Positions 24,094 through 26,195 of a DNA stretch of 26,195 bases are shown here, piece by piece. Numbering within the stretch: the stretch's first letter is position 1; each line of letters opens with the position of its first letter. The notes beneath the pieces were generated by a model. The model saw only the letters and a program-made list of their open reading frames with translations, was not told the DNA's origin and made no database searches. The stretch is taken from IMG/VR virus record IMGVR_UViG_3300017707_000367, positions 1 through 26,195 of that record, one strand, 5' to 3'. Position numbers and translations under genes: made by a program. This stretch comes from a virus. Lineage: Duplodnaviria > Caudoviricetes.

Positions 24094-24807
24094 ATGAAAC
24101 TACCAGTTTACAAATTAGACATCAACGAATTTGACGAGGAAACAGGCATTGACTTTGTTTCCCTTGTTGAAAACGCAGCCATTCAAAAGGACTTTCTCGC
24201 ATTCAATGAGCAGTTTGTTAAACCCAATCCAAACGAAAGTGAAGAAGAGTTTGTTCAAAGATGCATCCCAATTTTGATTGGAGAAGGCAAGGATAGTGAA
24301 CAAGCCGTGGCAATCTGTTATTCAATGTATCAAGATAAAACACAGATGCACAAATTTGCGATCCAAGATGAAGAGAAAAGAATCGTGACTGGTGCTGCGA
24401 TGATTGCCGATTTACCCATCTATCGCAGAGATGACATCCGTGGTGAGTACTATGTGGTTTTTGACAAGGAATCTATCTTCAAGATTGCGAAGAAATGGGC
24501 GAGGTCAAATCAGTACAACTCCGTGAACGCACATCACAAAACACCCATAATGAATGGCGTGAGCTTGTTTGAATCATACATCATTGATCGTGAAAGAGGG
24601 GTGATGCCACCAAAGGGATTTGAAGAAGTTGCCGATGGAAGTTGGTTTGTCTCTTATCTCATTGACAACGATGATGTGTGGGCAAAAGTGAAATCCGGTG
24701 AGTTCAAAGGATTCTCGGTAGAGGGTGTTTTTGATTTTCCCGAAGACAAAGAAGAACAACTGATTGAGCAGATGAAAGAGATTCTCTCAAGGTGGAATGG
24801 AAAGTAA
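24094..24807 (+). CDS. XkdF-like putative prohead serine protease
   Basis: SLVENAAI, DEEKRIVTGAAMI, GSW.V.....ND.VW..VKSGEFKGFSVEG.F. Confidence 0.85.
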   Translation: MKLPVYKLDINEFDEETGIDFVSLVENAAIQKDFLAFNEQFVKPNPNESEEEFVQRCIPILIGEGKDSEQAVAICYSMYQDKTQMHKFAIQDEEKRIVTGAAMIADLPIYRRDDIRGEYYVVFDKESIFKIAKKWARSNQYNSVNAHHKTPIMNGVSLFESYIIDRERGVMPPKGFEEVADGSWFVSYLIDNDDVWAKVKSGEFKGFSVEGVFDFPEDKEEQLIEQMKEILSRWNGK

Positions 24808-24845
24808 AATTGCAACAAGTAAACATAAACTCTAATTTTATACAA

Positions 24846-25382
24846 ATGAACGCAAAAGAAACATTGAAAGAAATCCGGACAATGCTCGGATTCTCTGAAG
24901 AAGAAATCAAAGTTGAGATGGCAACTGCCACCTTGACTGATGGAACAATCGTTGAATGGGAAGGTGAATTGGTTGTAGGAACTGCCATCTTTGTTCAAAC
25001 TGCTGAAGGTTCAATTCCAGCACCTGACGCAACTCACGAGGTTGAAGGTGGTTTGTTGGTGACAACTGTTGACGGAATCGTAACTGAAATCGTTGAACCA
25101 GAAATTGAAATTGAGATTGAAGCCAAAGAAGAGTTTGCAACCGTATCTCATTTTAATGATGTTGTGAGCAAGTTGGAAAGTGCAATCGCTGAATTGTCTG
25201 CAAAAGTTGTGGCTTTGTCTGCATCTAACACCCAGCACAAAGAAGCAATGAGCAAAGCAATTGACCTAATTGAAAAGGTTGCTGATTTGCCAAGCGAAAC
25301 CCCAATCAAAACTCCAGTTTCAAACAAAAAGAATGATCAGTTTGAAGCACTTAAAAAATTCAAAAACGCAATAAATAAATAA
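24846..25382 (+). CDS. Putative capsid scaffolding protein
   Basis: Acidic, with TLTDGT, PAPDATH and a C-terminal coiled coil; lies between the protease and capsid genes. Confidence 0.65.
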   Translation: MNAKETLKEIRTMLGFSEEEIKVEMATATLTDGTIVEWEGELVVGTAIFVQTAEGSIPAPDATHEVEGGLLVTTVDGIVTEIVEPEIEIEIEAKEEFATVSHFNDVVSKLESAIAELSAKVVALSASNTQHKEAMSKAIDLIEKVADLPSETPIKTPVSNKKNDQFEALKKFKNAINK

Positions 25383-25386
25383 AACT

Positions 25387-26195
25387 ATGTCATTTTCAGT
25401 AGGAACACTCGCAAACTACACCAATGAGCAGTCAACTGACTTGTTGGTAAAAGCCCTTTTCGGGTCAAAAACTGCAACCTTGTTGCAATCTTCTAACCAA
25501 GTTCAAGTTGGTGTAAAATCTGCATCTGCTTTGAACATCCTTGCTTCAACCGTTTTCTTCCAAGCCGATGGTTGTGGTTACAATCCAAGTGGTACAACTG
25601 CCTTCACTCAGCGTAACATCACCGTTGGTGCTGTAAAAGTTGAAGAAACTCTTTGCCCAAAGACATTGGAAGCAAAGTGGATGCAAACTCAAATCATGCC
25701 TGGTTCACCAACTATGATTCCTTTTGAAGAGCAAGTAGGTGCTGAAAAGGCTGCCGTTATTGCACAAACTTTGGAAGTTGCAATGTGGCAAGGTGATACC
25801 GCTTCTGGTAATCCTAACTTGAATCGTTTTGATGGATTCAACAAAATCATTGCTGCCGCTTCTCCAGTATTGGCGAACTCTGCACCAACTACATTTGCTT
25901 CAATCACCGCTGCAAACATTGATGACATCTTGGATCAGGTTTACGCCAACATACCCGCTGCCGTTGCTGAAAAAACTGACTTGGTTTGTTTCTTGGGAAT
26001 TGATGCCTACAAATTGATGTTGGTTAACTTGAAGAACGCTAACTTGTTTCACTATGTTGCCGATGCTGCCACTTCAATGGAGATGGTTTACCCCGGTACT
26101 AATATGAAGTTAATCGCTGTTGGTGGTTTGAACGGAACTAACAAGATTGTTGCTGGTTCTTTGAGCAACTTCTTTATGGGTACTGACTTGATTGA
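25387..26195 (+). CDS. Major capsid protein (3' truncated; absent from the ORF track)
   Basis: ATG at 25387, open to the window end: MSFSVGTLANYTNEQ...LCPKTLEAKW...AMWQGDT...FDGF; position after protease and scaffold. Confidence 0.85.
   Translation, partial: MSFSVGTLANYTNEQSTDLLVKALFGSKTATLLQSSNQVQVGVKSASALNILASTVFFQADGCGYNPSGTTAFTQRNITVGAVKVEETLCPKTLEAKWMQTQIMPGSPTMIPFEEQVGAEKAAVIAQTLEVAMWQGDTASGNPNLNRFDGFNKIIAAASPVLANSAPTTFASITAANIDDILDQVYANIPAAVAEKTDLVCFLGIDAYKLMLVNLKNANLFHYVADAATSMEMVYPGTNMKLIAVGGLNGTNKIVAGSLSNFFMGTDLI

Noticed and set aside
1-26195. tRNA/rRNA genes, integrase, att sites or alternative genetic code
   Set aside because: None recognised by eye; genes tile densely under the standard code.

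Overview
A 26.2-kb slice of a tailed dsDNA phage or prophage, probably a long-tailed siphovirus-like phage of a Bacteroidota host. The host call rests on several TTG-N20-TAnnTTTG promoter matches. All credible genes are on the + strand and many are translationally coupled. Gene order: end of a probable portal/head gene, head-tail joining genes, metallophosphoesterase, DUF3310, HTH regulator, ERF + YqaJ recombination pair, a repeat-bounded microprotein array, NUMOD4-HNH endonuclease, replication initiator + DnaB, C5 cytosine methyltransferase, DnaA-C-terminal-like and sigma-like proteins, TerS, two glycosyltransferases, TerL, a -1 frameshift chaperone pair, tail proteins, tape measure, XkdF-like protease, scaffold and a truncated major capsid protein. 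Most notable: (1) the methyltransferase is dual-coded, with motif IX and five repeat-bounded LPTP modules in an overlapping frame; (2) short genes share identical start and end DNA blocks, as if shuffled; (3) a ~365-bp intergenic mosaic of different palindromes precedes the tail operon; (4) a possible kissing-loop attenuator precedes the HNH/replication operon. All family assignments come from motif recognition by eye; no searches were run.
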